NCBI GenBank assembly: GCA_947591575.1
Contig: CANQDI010000001.1
Location: 1 to 61,850, forward strand
Direction of reading: 5' to 3'
Length of the DNA: 61,850 nt
DNA from: an uncultured Bacilli bacterium
GTDB lineage: Bacteria; Bacillota_I; Bacilli_A; RF39; UBA660
The notes below the pieces were generated by a model. That model was not told the DNA's origin, searched no databases, and saw only the letters and a program-made list of their open reading frames with translations. Positions 14,416 to 23,979 of this stretch are shown piece after piece (positions within the stretch are counted from its first letter, which is position 1; every line of letters starts with the position of its first letter). A program made the position numbers and the translations under genes.

Positions 14416-15762
14416 TTACTCCTCCTTTTTATCTTTGGTTAAATTTAAGAATGTACTTGTATCTTTTTTAAAGAGCAATTCAATAGTGGCTGTAGAACCA
14501 TTTCGGTTTTTTCCAATAATCAGTTCACTGATACTTGTATTATCATTTAGGCGAGCTTCTTTATTATAATAGTCATCACGATAAAGAAAAGCAACAATGT
14601 CAGCATCTTGTTCTATAGAACCTGATTCGCGTAAATCACTCATCATAGGACGTTTATCTTCACGACTTTCTACAGCACGAGATAACTGAGCTAGTGCAAC
14701 TATTGGAATATTTAGTTCCATTGCTAATGTCTTTAAACTACGAGATATATCGGCTACTTCTTGTTGACGATTACTACCATAATTACGGCCACCTGAAATT
14801 AATTGTAAATAGTCTATCACTACTAGTCCAAGCCCTTTTTCACTTGCAGAAAGTCTTCTACATTTAGCACGAATTTCTCCGATGCTAATTCCTGGAGTAT
14901 CATCAAAATATAAAGAAGCATCTTCTAATTGGCTTACAGCTTCATTAATTCTTTTCCAATCTTGATTTAATAAATTTCCAGTTCGTAGTTTGTATCCTTC
15001 AATTTGCCCAAGAGATGAAAGAATTCGATTGACAAGTTGTTCTGCACCCATCTCCATATTAAATACAGCAACTGTTTTATTCGTGTTCATAGCAACATTG
15101 GTTGCTAGATTTAAAGCAAAAGCAGTTTTTCCCATTGCAGGACGAGCAGCAATAATAATGAGCTCATTTTCATGAAGTCCTGCGGTAACCTTATCTAAGT
15201 CATACCATCCTGTTGGAAGTCCTGTAATTTCTCCTTTTGACGCAGCTAAACGCTCTAAATTACTTTGGGTTTTTACAAGAACTTCTTGAATAGAGCGAAA
15301 TTCTGTTGTCTTTCTTCTTTTAGAAATAGATAAAATCTTTCGTTCTGCTTCATCAAGCATTTCATTAATATTTTCATCTTGATGATATCCAGATGTAGCA
15401 ATATTCGTTGCTGTATCAATGAGCTTTCTTAATATAGCATTATCATCAACTTCTTTAATATAGTATAGTGCATTGGCACTTGTTGGAACAAAATTGACCA
15501 CTTCTGTTAAATAAGGAACGCCTCCTGCTTCTGTCAGTAAATTTTTCTTTTGAAGTTCACTTGTTACCGTCGTTAAATCAACTGGAATTTTTTGTTCTAC
15601 AAGACTTGCTAAAGCACTAAAAATTTTGGCATTTTTATCATCATAAAAAGAGTCTTCACTCAAATTTTCAACTGCCGTTGTAAGTGCTTCTTTGGAAAGA
15701 AAACAAGCGCCTAAAACACTTTCTTCTGCTTCTAAATTGTGTGGTAACTCCCGTAATGCCAT
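14416..15762 (-). CDS. dnaB: replicative DNA helicase (DnaB family; DnaC in Bacillus nomenclature)
   Basis: The 448-aa ORF starts with LPHNLEAEESVLGA and has the Walker A motif ARPAMGKTAFALN, with typical C-terminal RecA-like motifs. Confidence 0.96.
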   Translation of the reverse strand: MALRELPHNLEAEESVLGACFLSKEALTTAVENLSEDSFYDDKNAKIFSALASLVEQKIPVDLTTVTSELQKKNLLTEAGGVPYLTEVVNFVPTSANALYYIKEVDDNAILRKLIDTATNIATSGYHQDENINEMLDEAERKILSISKRRKTTEFRSIQEVLVKTQSNLERLAASKGEITGLPTGWYDLDKVTAGLHENELIIIAARPAMGKTAFALNLATNVAMNTNKTVAVFNMEMGAEQLVNRILSSLGQIEGYKLRTGNLLNQDWKRINEAVSQLEDASLYFDDTPGISIGEIRAKCRRLSASEKGLGLVVIDYLQLISGGRNYGSNRQQEVADISRSLKTLAMELNIPIVALAQLSRAVESREDKRPMMSDLRESGSIEQDADIVAFLYRDDYYNKEARLNDNTSISELIIGKNRNGSTATIELLFKKDTSTFLNLTKDKKEE

Positions 15763-15774
15763 CTTTACCTCCTA

Positions 15775-16215
15775 CTATTTTATTAAATGTGCTTTTATTT
15801 TTGCTTTAATCTCTTGAAAAAGATGAATTTCTATCTCATGAAATCCTAAACTTGCAAGAGATGATAATGGTACTATTTGTGTTTTATCGATAGAATACCC
15901 TTTTTTTTCCAAAGCCTCTTTGATTTGCTTTATACTGATGCTTCCGAAAACTTTATCATCTTGTCCTGTTTTCACTTGAAAATCAAAAATTTCTTTTTCT
16001 AATTGCATTTTTACTTTTTCTGCTTCCTCTCGCTTTTTTTTGATTTCGAGTTCTTTTTTGTGATTTTCTTCTTTTAATGCCATTCTATTTTTATCATTTG
16101 CAGCAACAGCATAACCTTGTTTTATTAAAAAATTCTCTGCATAACCATCTTTTACTGCCTTAATTTCTCCCTTTTTTCCTTGTCCTTTTACATCTTTGAT
16201 AAAAATAACTTGCAT
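15775..16215 (-). CDS. rplI: 50S ribosomal protein L9
   Basis: The 146-aa ORF starts [31 protein letters not shown]. Confidence 0.95.
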   Translation of the reverse strand: MQVIFIKDVKGQGKKGEIKAVKDGYAENFLIKQGYAVAANDKNRMALKEENHKKELEIKKKREEAEKVKMQLEKEIFDFQVKTGQDDKVFGSISIKQIKEALEKKGYSIDKTQIVPLSSLASLGFHEIEIHLFQEIKAKIKAHLIK

Positions 16216-16217
16216 AT

Positions 16218-17213
16218 TTATTCTCCTTCCATTTCTTTTAGAAGTTTTGTTAAATTTGCTGTAACTTTTGTAATGGTACTATCTTCGATTCTTGCTGCCG
16301 CTCCATATTCATCTCCACCACCATGAAACTGTGCAAGTAAATTACCAACATTGATTTTTCCACTACTCCTAGCACTAATTCCAATAGTTTTCTCCCCAAT
16401 TTTTCCAATTACAAAAGTAGTTTCAACATCATTGAAGAAAAGAAGTGTATCAGCAATTTTTGCTAGATCTTCTCGTCTATAGATAGTATAGGCACTTCCT
16501 TTCGAAATTGCAATTGTTTTATGAAGAATATCCACATTGAGCATTAATTTCTGTCGTTCAATATATTCTTTTAAATCTTGCTTTAATAAGTATTGTACTT
16601 TTTTAGGGGAAGCACCTTGATTGGTTAGATAATACGCTGCATAATAGGTTTCTTCTGTTGTTTTTAAAGTAAAATTATTGGTATCCAAAACAATACCTGA
16701 TAATACAAGTGTACTATAATAGGGATCAATCTTCATTCGATAAGATTCCATCAAATTGGCAACCATCTCACAAGTACTAGAAACTTCTTGATCAATAATT
16801 TCTAAATCACAAGGTATAGAACTCTCTCCTTTATCATGATGATCAATAATAATTCTATGATCTTCATCGAAGTATTCTAATACAGTTGAATTCTGAACTA
16901 ACTCTGTTTTATTCGTATCTAAAATAAGTAATAAATTTCGGTTCATTCTAGGATAAAGATATTCTTTGATGGTATTTCCTTGAATAATTGAGATACAACC
17001 ATCTAGCTCTTTTAAAATCTTAGACACTCCTAACTCATTTCGTTTGTCATCAATTATTAGATAACAATTCTTGTTCATTTTTTCAAGAATAAAATAAAAT
17101 CCTATAGAACTTCCTAAAGCATCTAAATCCAAATCATGATGAGCCATAATAAAAATTGTTTTTGCTTTTTTGCATCGTTTTTCCAATTGATTTCTTTGTT
17201 CTATAATTTTCAT
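16218..17213 (-). CDS. stand-alone DHH/DHHA1 phosphoesterase (GdpP catalytic-domain-like, no sensor domains)
   Basis: The motifs [20 protein letters not shown] and DTNNF are present, plus a [18 protein letters not shown] block typical of GdpP. It sits in the rpsR-gdpP-rplI slot. It is only 331 aa, and the DHHA1 motif reads GGGD rather than GGGH. Confidence 0.8.
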   Translation of the reverse strand: MKIIEQRNQLEKRCKKAKTIFIMAHHDLDLDALGSSIGFYFILEKMNKNCYLIIDDKRNELGVSKILKELDGCISIIQGNTIKEYLYPRMNRNLLLILDTNKTELVQNSTVLEYFDEDHRIIIDHHDKGESSIPCDLEIIDQEVSSTCEMVANLMESYRMKIDPYYSTLVLSGIVLDTNNFTLKTTEETYYAAYYLTNQGASPKKVQYLLKQDLKEYIERQKLMLNVDILHKTIAISKGSAYTIYRREDLAKIADTLLFFNDVETTFVIGKIGEKTIGISARSSGKINVGNLLAQFHGGGDEYGAAARIEDSTITKVTANLTKLLKEMEGE

Positions 17214-17287
17214 ATGATCCTCCTAGACAAACCCTAGATTTATTATACTATATTTGAAAAAAAAAGAAAAGAAGTGTCATCCACCTC

Positions 17288-17509
17288 TTATTTTGTATAT
17301 GGTAATAAACCAATTGCACGAGCACGTTTAATTTGTTCAGCAATATATCTTTGATGACGAGCACAGTTTCCTGTTACACGGCGAGGAAGTATTTTTCCTT
17401 TTTCATTGATATATTTTTTTAATGTTTCTACATCTTTATAGTCTACTGTTTTTCCAGTACACATAAAACAAATTTTTTTCTTTTTTCGGTAAAATTCTGC
17501 CATTTCCAA
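17288..17509 (-). CDS. rpsR: 30S ribosomal protein S18
   Basis: The 73-aa ORF has a conserved S18 core ([35 protein letters not shown]). Confidence 0.96.
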   Translation of the reverse strand: MEMAEFYRKKKKICFMCTGKTVDYKDVETLKKYINEKGKILPRRVTGNCARHQRYIAEQIKRARAIGLLPYTK

Positions 17510-17518
17510 TCCTCCTTT

Positions 17519-17998
17519 TTAGAATGGTAATTCGTCATCATTTATTTCTATGCTAGATCCAAAGTCTGCAAAAGGATTTCCAGAAACATCTGTAGTAGCT
17601 GGTTCTTCCTGTGGAAAATCAGAAAATACAGGTGCGTCTTGTTTAGATACCCCTTGAGATGCTTCATTATTATCAGCATTTCTTTTAGTACCTACAAATT
17701 CAACATTATCTGCAATGACTTCTGTTACATAATGACGTTTTCCATCAGTACCATCATAACTTCTAGACTGAAGACGTCCATCTATAGCTACTTGACTTCC
17801 TTGCGTTAAATAATTTTTCACATTTTCTGCCTGTTTTCTCCAAACTACTATATTAATAAAATCTGCTTGACGCTCTCCATTTTGTCCAGTAAAAGGACGA
17901 TTCACAGCAATCGAAAACGTAGCTACTGCTGTATTATTCCCTGTATAACGAAGTTCTGGATCTCTTGTTAATCTTCCGATCAAAAATACTTTATTCAT
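17519..17998 (-). CDS. ssb: single-stranded DNA-binding protein
   Basis: It has an OB fold (MNKVFLIGRLTRDPELRYT) and the acidic tip DDELPF. It sits in the rpsF-ssb-rpsR operon order. Confidence 0.96.
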   Translation of the reverse strand: MNKVFLIGRLTRDPELRYTGNNTAVATFSIAVNRPFTGQNGERQADFINIVVWRKQAENVKNYLTQGSQVAIDGRLQSRSYDGTDGKRHYVTEVIADNVEFVGTKRNADNNEASQGVSKQDAPVFSDFPQEEPATTDVSGNPFADFGSSIEINDDELPF

Positions 17999-18011
17999 GA
18001 TAACTCCTTTT

Positions 18012-18299
18012 TTATTCGTCTACTTTGATTACTAAATGACGAATAATATTTTCATTAATTCTTGCAACTCGAGAAAATTCTTCGATTGCTTCTTTTCCAT
18101 TTTCAACAACAAATAAATAGTAAAAACCTGTTTTGTATTTGTTCATTTCATAAGCTAAGTCCTTTTGACCCATTGCCTTTTCTTCTACTATCTTTGTTCC
18201 TTTATCCATTAAGACCTTCTTCATTGTATCCACTGTTTTTTTCATATCAGCTTCTTCTAGGTCAGGTCTTACGATAAACATGATTTCATATTTGTTCAT
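18012..18299 (-). CDS. rpsF: 30S ribosomal protein S6
   Basis: The 95-aa ORF starts MNKYEIMFIVRPDLEE. Confidence 0.95.
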   Translation of the reverse strand: MNKYEIMFIVRPDLEEADMKKTVDTMKKVLMDKGTKIVEEKAMGQKDLAYEMNKYKTGFYYLFVVENGKEAIEEFSRVARINENIIRHLVIKVDE

Positions 18300-18368
18300 C
18301 TTTTCACCTCCTCTTGGACATAAGGCTTACCATATCGTAAGCAAGGAGTATTTCAAATACTCGCTAAT

Positions 18369-18397
18369 ATTATAACAAACAAATATTTTATTGTCTA
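18369..18397 (-). promoter_or_regulatory. candidate promoter of the rpsF-ssb-rpsR operon
   Basis: The minus strand reads TAGACA, a 17-nt spacer, then TGnTATAAT. It is followed by a leader with two small hairpins (GAGTATT/AATACTC and GCTTAC/GTAAGC) before the RBS GAGGAGG. Confidence 0.5.
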
Positions 18398-18472
18398 CAT
18401 CTTTCTTTTTGTTTTGATACTCAAAAATGATCATCTTTCTTATATTCTTTATGATTGAAAATAGTTCCATTG

Positions 18473-19573
18473 CTAAACATTAAATCGAAATAAACAAATA
18501 TCCCCATCTTGCATAAGATAATCTTTTCCTTCTAGCCGTGATTTTCCTTTTTCTTTCACTTTTAATTCACTTCCAGCCTCTACTAAATCAGTATATGACA
18601 TTACTTCTGCTTTAATAAATCCTTTCTCAAAATCCGTATGAATAATCCCTGCACATTGTTTTGCATTCATTCCTTTTTTAAAGGTCCATGCTCTTACTTC
18701 ATCTTTCCCTACAGTAAAGTAAGTAGCTAATCCTAGCAAATCATAGGTTGCTTGAATTAAATTATTTAAACCACTTTCTTCAAGACCATACATCGAAAGA
18801 AGCTCTTGTTTTTCCGTCTCTTCTAATTCACATAAATCTGCTTCTACTTTACAGCAAAGTGGTACCACTTTAGCATTTTCTTTTTGAGCATACTCTTCTA
18901 CTTGTTTTACATATTTATTTTTTTCTTTTCCAAGTTCATTTTCTGCAATATTTGCAAGATAAATAATAGGTTTTAATGTTAAAAATTGAAAAGACTTTAA
19001 GGAATCTAATTCTTCTTTGGTAAATGGTACAAGGCGAAGCGGAATACTTTCTTCTAATGCTTTTTTTGCTTTTTCTAAAGTAGTTAATTCTAATAAATCA
19101 TTTTTATCTTTGGTCGTTCTTGCTTTTTTTGATACTCTTTCAAGTCGTGTATTGATACTTTCTAAATCAGCAATAGCAAGTTCTAAATTGACTGTTTCAA
19201 TATCTCGAATAGGATCAATTTCTCCTTCTACATGAATAATTTGCCCATGATCAAAACACCGTACTACTTCAACAATAGCATCTGTCTCTCGTATATGGGA
19301 TAAAAATTGATTTCCTAATCCTTCTCCTTGACTGGCTCCTTTTACAAGTCCTGCAATATCTGTAAATTCATAGCTTGTAGGAATACATCTTGTTGGTTTA
19401 TACATTTGATTTAATAAATCTAGTCTTTTATCAGGAACCATTACGACTCCTACATTTGGTTCAATTGTTGCAAAAGGATAATTGGCAGCTAAAATATTTT
19501 GTTTTGTAATAGCATTAAATAATGTACTTTTTCCTACATTAGGAAGTCCAACAATTCCTGCTTTTAAACTCAT
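18473..19573 (-). CDS. ychF: redox-regulated ATPase YchF
   Basis: The 366-aa ORF has the G1 motif GLPNVGKSTLFNA and a TGS-type C-terminus. Confidence 0.96.
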   Translation of the reverse strand: MSLKAGIVGLPNVGKSTLFNAITKQNILAANYPFATIEPNVGVVMVPDKRLDLLNQMYKPTRCIPTSYEFTDIAGLVKGASQGEGLGNQFLSHIRETDAIVEVVRCFDHGQIIHVEGEIDPIRDIETVNLELAIADLESINTRLERVSKKARTTKDKNDLLELTTLEKAKKALEESIPLRLVPFTKEELDSLKSFQFLTLKPIIYLANIAENELGKEKNKYVKQVEEYAQKENAKVVPLCCKVEADLCELEETEKQELLSMYGLEESGLNNLIQATYDLLGLATYFTVGKDEVRAWTFKKGMNAKQCAGIIHTDFEKGFIKAEVMSYTDLVEAGSELKVKEKGKSRLEGKDYLMQDGDICLFRFNV

Positions 19574-19639
19574 AATAACGCCTCTTCTTTCTTGGGTTAT
19601 GGTATCATGTTTTCTGGTTCATGTCAAAAAAAGCTTATC

Positions 19640-21235
19640 CTATAATGTAGGATAAACTCCTGGACCGATAGGAAGTCCGATTAGATACCAACCAAGAATT
19701 AATAGAATCCATGATAAAGATATAAATAAAAAATAAGGAGATAAAAACTGAATTGCCTGACGAATGGTAATGGGCTTATTTTTTCTTTGATTATAAATAT
19801 TTAGATATCCAATATAAATAACAAATCCGGCTAATAATGGTGTCACGCCATTTGTAATCGAATCACCTGCTCTTAATAAGAATTGAGAAAAAGCAGGAGA
19901 GATATTGGCTTGCATCAAAGCAGGAACAACCACAGGGGCAAATATACTCCATTTTAATGTTGGTGTTGTACTGAAGATATTCGCGATACCAATCATTACA
20001 ATAACTAAGATAATCAATGGAATACCTGAAAAAGATAAATTTTGTATGACATTGGCACACCAACAAGTAATAATCGTTCCTATATTCGTATTTCTAAAAA
20101 TAGAAATAAATTGACTTGCCACAAAAATAAGAATAAATAATTCTCCTAAATCTGCAAAAGTACTTTTACAACCATTAATAATATCCTTATCATTTTTAAT
20201 GGTTTTTGCACCAATTCCATAAGCAAGACCCATTCCTAAGAAAAATAAACACATCATATAAGTAAAACCGTCTTGAAAATAACTGTTGCTTCCAAACAAT
20301 TGGTTTAGGTAAGTTGTTTCTTTCATATCAAGAAGCATTCCTGAATTAGGAAGTCCTGGAATAATCATATAAATGAAAGCAATAACGATGAATATACCTG
20401 TAATATAAGCTGCACGTAAACCTCTTTTTTCACATTTTTCTTCAGCAATACGAGTCTGTTCTAATTCTTCTTCATTCATTAAAAGAAGTTCTTCTGTTCT
20501 TTCAAAATTATCTTTTTCATGATATTTTCCTATTTTAGGTGCAATAAAGCGTTCAATAATAATCGTTCCTATTATAGATAATAAAATAGAAAAAGCAATG
20601 ATAATAAACAAATTAGACGTAAGAGAAACATGCGTTGTTTCATCTATTAAATAAGCAGAAGATGTTGTATAAGGAATCAAACCTACTTCCATACTTCCTA
20701 CAAATAAACTTACTCCATACCCAAAAGAAACTCCACAAAAAGCTGTGACAATTCCAAGAAGAGGGTTTCTATTATTCATCATATAGAAAATAGCAGCTAA
20801 TGGAATTAAGAAAGAATATCCAACTTCGTTAATTAATGAAGAAATGGTCGCGATAAATAATATAATAAAAGTTAAATTTCTTTTTCGCATTTTGGAAAAA
20901 TATTTTTTTCCAAGTGTATCAATTAATCCTGTTGCCTGGGCTACAGAAATACCAATAAGAGCTAGTAATAACATTCCAAGTGGTGTAAAAGAAATAAAAT
21001 TTCGCATAGCATTACTAAAAATATATTTCATTCCATCAAAGTTCAACATATTTTCAACCGTTACCAAAACAGGTTCCAATTCATTGGTGGCAACATTTAC
21101 AGTATTATAAGTTCCTTGCATTTCAAAAATAGAAAAAATAGCACTTAAAAGGATAACAATGAGCGTTAAGAATAAAAAAATGGTAATAGGATGAAAATAA
21201 AATTTCTTCAGTCTTAATTTTTTTCGATTTTTCAT
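19640..21235 (-). CDS. AbgT-family (p-aminobenzoyl-glutamate-type) transporter, putative
   Basis: This is a 531-aa polytopic membrane protein. Its N-terminal HP-x-T-x-F helix and overall size and topology resemble the AbgT/YdaH family. The family assignment comes from recollection only. Confidence 0.5.
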   Translation of the reverse strand: MKNRKKLRLKKFYFHPITIFLFLTLIVILLSAIFSIFEMQGTYNTVNVATNELEPVLVTVENMLNFDGMKYIFSNAMRNFISFTPLGMLLLALIGISVAQATGLIDTLGKKYFSKMRKRNLTFIILFIATISSLINEVGYSFLIPLAAIFYMMNNRNPLLGIVTAFCGVSFGYGVSLFVGSMEVGLIPYTTSSAYLIDETTHVSLTSNLFIIIAFSILLSIIGTIIIERFIAPKIGKYHEKDNFERTEELLLMNEEELEQTRIAEEKCEKRGLRAAYITGIFIVIAFIYMIIPGLPNSGMLLDMKETTYLNQLFGSNSYFQDGFTYMMCLFFLGMGLAYGIGAKTIKNDKDIINGCKSTFADLGELFILIFVASQFISIFRNTNIGTIITCWCANVIQNLSFSGIPLIILVIVMIGIANIFSTTPTLKWSIFAPVVVPALMQANISPAFSQFLLRAGDSITNGVTPLLAGFVIYIGYLNIYNQRKNKPITIRQAIQFLSPYFLFISLSWILLILGWYLIGLPIGPGVYPTL

Positions 21236-21429
21236 GATACTTCCTCCGTTAAAATTTTTTTAATCTTTTTATTTAATTGAATTCTAGAAATAAAAACCAT
21301 TCTTCCACAACCACAACATTCAATTTTAATATCTGCGCCCAACCGTACAATTTTCCATTCATTGCTTCCACAAGGATGCCCCTTTTTTAAAATAATATGA
21401 TCTCCTATTTTATATGTTTTATCATTCAT
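21232..21429 (-). CDS. DUF951-family small protein (YyzM-like)
   Basis: The 65-aa ORF has CGS...CxGC cysteines and overlaps both neighbouring genes. A DUF951 gene lies in the same parB-ychF neighbourhood in Bacillus. Confidence 0.55.
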   Translation of the reverse strand: MNDKTYKIGDHIILKKGHPCGSNEWKIVRLGADIKIECCGCGRMVFISRIQLNKKIKKILTEEVS

Positions 21430-22225
21430 AATGTACCTCCACTTGAGGGTATGGAATACTAAATCCTGCTTTTTCTAAACCTATTTTATAATCTCTTTTT
21501 AAATCACGTTCTATTTGAAATTGTTTACCTACTTCAGTTAAAACAGAAATCTTATAAACAACACTTGATTCATCTAGTCGATCAACACCAAGAACTTGAA
21601 CTGGTCCTTTTAAATTCTGGTAAGTATTTTCGATTTTTTTCGCAATTTTAGAAAGAGCTTTTTCTAATTTTTCTAAATCACTTTCATAACGAACAGGAAG
21701 TTCTATCAAAGCAAGAGGTGAATTTAGACTATAATTAATTACTTCTGTAATATTATGATTTGAAATAATTTTTACCGCCCCTTGATAATTTTGTATTCTA
21801 GTTGTCTTTAATCCCATAAAAGTGACTTTTCCACGAAATCCTGCAATTTCAACATCATCACCGATTTCAAATTGATTTTCAACAACAATGGATATTCCTG
21901 CTAAAATATCTTTTAAGATATCTTGGAAAGCAAGTCCAGCAATGGCAACACCAATTCCAAGTCCTGCAATAATTGATTTTACATCTACATGATAGGTACT
22001 AAGAATAGTTAATACAACAATTATTATAATAAAATATTTCAAAAAGTTTTCAAGAATCATTTGAAGTGTTTCTAACCTTTTGTTTTTTTGATGTGTATGT
22101 TTTGTAGTTTGAAAAATTTTATGAAGAACAGTTTTTAATAATTTAAAAATACTATATCCTATAATAATATAAATGATGGGTAATGTAATATAGTGAAAAA
22201 GATCTGTCTTTACAAAATCGCTCAA
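21422..22225 (-). CDS. mechanosensitive ion channel family protein (MscS-like)
   Basis: It has three N-terminal TMs followed by an MscS beta-domain-like sequence (FEIGDDVEIAGFRGKVTFMGLKTTRIQNYQG). I prefer the TTG at 22225, 5 nt after AGGTGA, over the ORF-track GTG at 22234. Confidence 0.8.
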   Translation of the reverse strand: MSDFVKTDLFHYITLPIIYIIIGYSIFKLLKTVLHKIFQTTKHTHQKNKRLETLQMILENFLKYFIIIIVVLTILSTYHVDVKSIIAGLGIGVAIAGLAFQDILKDILAGISIVVENQFEIGDDVEIAGFRGKVTFMGLKTTRIQNYQGAVKIISNHNITEVINYSLNSPLALIELPVRYESDLEKLEKALSKIAKKIENTYQNLKGPVQVLGVDRLDESSVVYKISVLTEVGKQFQIERDLKRDYKIGLEKAGFSIPYPQVEVHYE

Positions 22226-22234
22226 AAAGATCAC

Positions 22235-23113
22235 CTACTTATTTATTTGCATAACTTCTAGTATCCGATTCAAATCATTTTTATTTGTAAATGAAATCAC
22301 TAACTTATTATTTTTTACTTTTACTTTTGTTCCTAATTTTTCTTCAAGGAAATTCTCTATATAAGTATATTCTTCATCTATAGAAACTTTTCTTTTCATT
22401 TCCCTTCTTCGTGGATATTTTTCTTGGGTTGCTAGTTCCTCTAAAGCTCGAACACTTAACCCTTCTGCTACAATTTTTTCTGCAAGATATTTTATTTGTT
22501 CTTTATCTACTAATTTACTTAGAACTCGAGCATGTCCCATTGAAATTTGATTGGTAGTAATAAAATCTTTTACTTCTTCTGGAAGTGTCAACAAACCAAG
22601 CATATTTGTTACATAACTTCTGCTTTTTCCAAGACGATGAGCAAGCATATCTTGGGTAAGCGAAAGAGTTTCTTGCAATTTTTTATAAGCTGATGCTTCT
22701 TCTAATGGAGATAAATTTTCTCTTTGCAAATTCTCTAGAATAGCTATTTCCATCATTGCTTCATCTGAAAAATCTTTTACAATGGCTGGAATTACATCAA
22801 GTCCTGCTAACTGTGATGCTTTTACACGACGTTCTCCGGCAACAATTTCATATCCTTTAATACTTTTCTTTGCTATAATTGGTTGAAAAACACCATGTTC
22901 TTGAATGGATGTTGCCAATTCTTTTAATTTTTCTTCATCAAAATTTTTTCGTGGTTGATATGGGTTTGGTCTTAGTTCACGAATAGGTAAATTTACCACT
23001 TCTTCTTTTGGAGTAGATTGAACAATTTTTTCTTCTAATTGTTGATAGTCAATTGGTTCATTATAAAATAATTCTTCTAATCCCTTTCCAAGTGCTCTTC
23101 GTTTAGTTTCCAT
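22235..23113 (-). CDS. parB: chromosome partitioning protein ParB/Spo0J
   Basis: The N-terminus reads RRALGKGLEELF and the CTP-binding motif GERR is present. The HTH region reads LGKSRSYVTNMLGLL and ISMGHARVL, which is the ParB type (R and G at the positions that differ in Noc). It lies downstream of parA. The ATG at 23113 overlaps the parA stop. Confidence 0.93.
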   Translation of the reverse strand: METKRRALGKGLEELFYNEPIDYQQLEEKIVQSTPKEEVVNLPIRELRPNPYQPRKNFDEEKLKELATSIQEHGVFQPIIAKKSIKGYEIVAGERRVKASQLAGLDVIPAIVKDFSDEAMMEIAILENLQRENLSPLEEASAYKKLQETLSLTQDMLAHRLGKSRSYVTNMLGLLTLPEEVKDFITTNQISMGHARVLSKLVDKEQIKYLAEKIVAEGLSVRALEELATQEKYPRRREMKRKVSIDEEYTYIENFLEEKLGTKVKVKNNKLVISFTNKNDLNRILEVMQINK

Positions 23114-23888
23114 TACGATCAATCACTTCCTTTGCTAAATTAATATAGGCTTCACTACCCCTACTTTTAGGATCATATGCAATGATTGGTTCTCCATGAG
23201 AAGGTGCTTCTGTGAGGCGAATTAAACGTGGAATAATAGTATTATAAACTTTTTCTTTGAAAAATTTACGAATATCTTCTACCACTTCAAATCCTAAATT
23301 GGTTCTTGAATCAAGCATTGTTAAAAGAACTCCTTCTATATCTAAATTAGGATTTAATTGTTTTTGAGCAAGACGAATTGTGTTTAATAATTGCATAATT
23401 CCTTCCAAAGCAAAAAACTCACATTGAACAGGAATAATAACGGAATTACTAGCTGTTAAGGCATTGGTTGTTATAAGTCCTAATGAAGGAGGACAATCAA
23501 TAATGATAAAATCAAAAAAATCTTGAATCTCATTTAAATGATTTTTTAATTGAGCTCCCTTTGCAAAACCTGGTTCAATTTGACTTTTTTCTAATAATTC
23601 AATATCAAGTCCTGCTAAATTAATCGTCGCAGGAATCACATAAAGTTGTTTATATTTTGTTTGAATCATTGCATCTTTAATCTGACATTTTCCAATTAAT
23701 ACATCATAAATACTAAGAGAAATATCACCTTTATTGATACCAATTCCTGTGGTTGTATTTCCCTGCGGATCTAAATCAATTAAAAGCACTTTTTTCCCCA
23801 ATATTGCTAGACTGGCGGAAAGATTGATACTTGTTGTTGTTTTTCCGACTCCACCTTTTTGATTAACTAATGCGATAACCTTTCCCAT
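23103..23888 (-). CDS. soj: chromosome partitioning ATPase ParA/Soj
   Basis: It has the deviant Walker A motif NQKGGVGKTTT and is 261 aa long. Confidence 0.95.
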   Translation of the reverse strand: MGKVIALVNQKGGVGKTTTSINLSASLAILGKKVLLIDLDPQGNTTTGIGINKGDISLSIYDVLIGKCQIKDAMIQTKYKQLYVIPATINLAGLDIELLEKSQIEPGFAKGAQLKNHLNEIQDFFDFIIIDCPPSLGLITTNALTASNSVIIPVQCEFFALEGIMQLLNTIRLAQKQLNPNLDIEGVLLTMLDSRTNLGFEVVEDIRKFFKEKVYNTIIPRLIRLTEAPSHGEPIIAYDPKSRGSEAYINLAKEVIDRNGN

Positions 23889-23979
23889 TTTACTTCACCT
23901 GTTTCTTTCATATCATAAATCATTGTAACAAAGTTTCTAGGCTTTTTCTAGAGTCTCGATAAAAAAAGTAGATTTTGTT

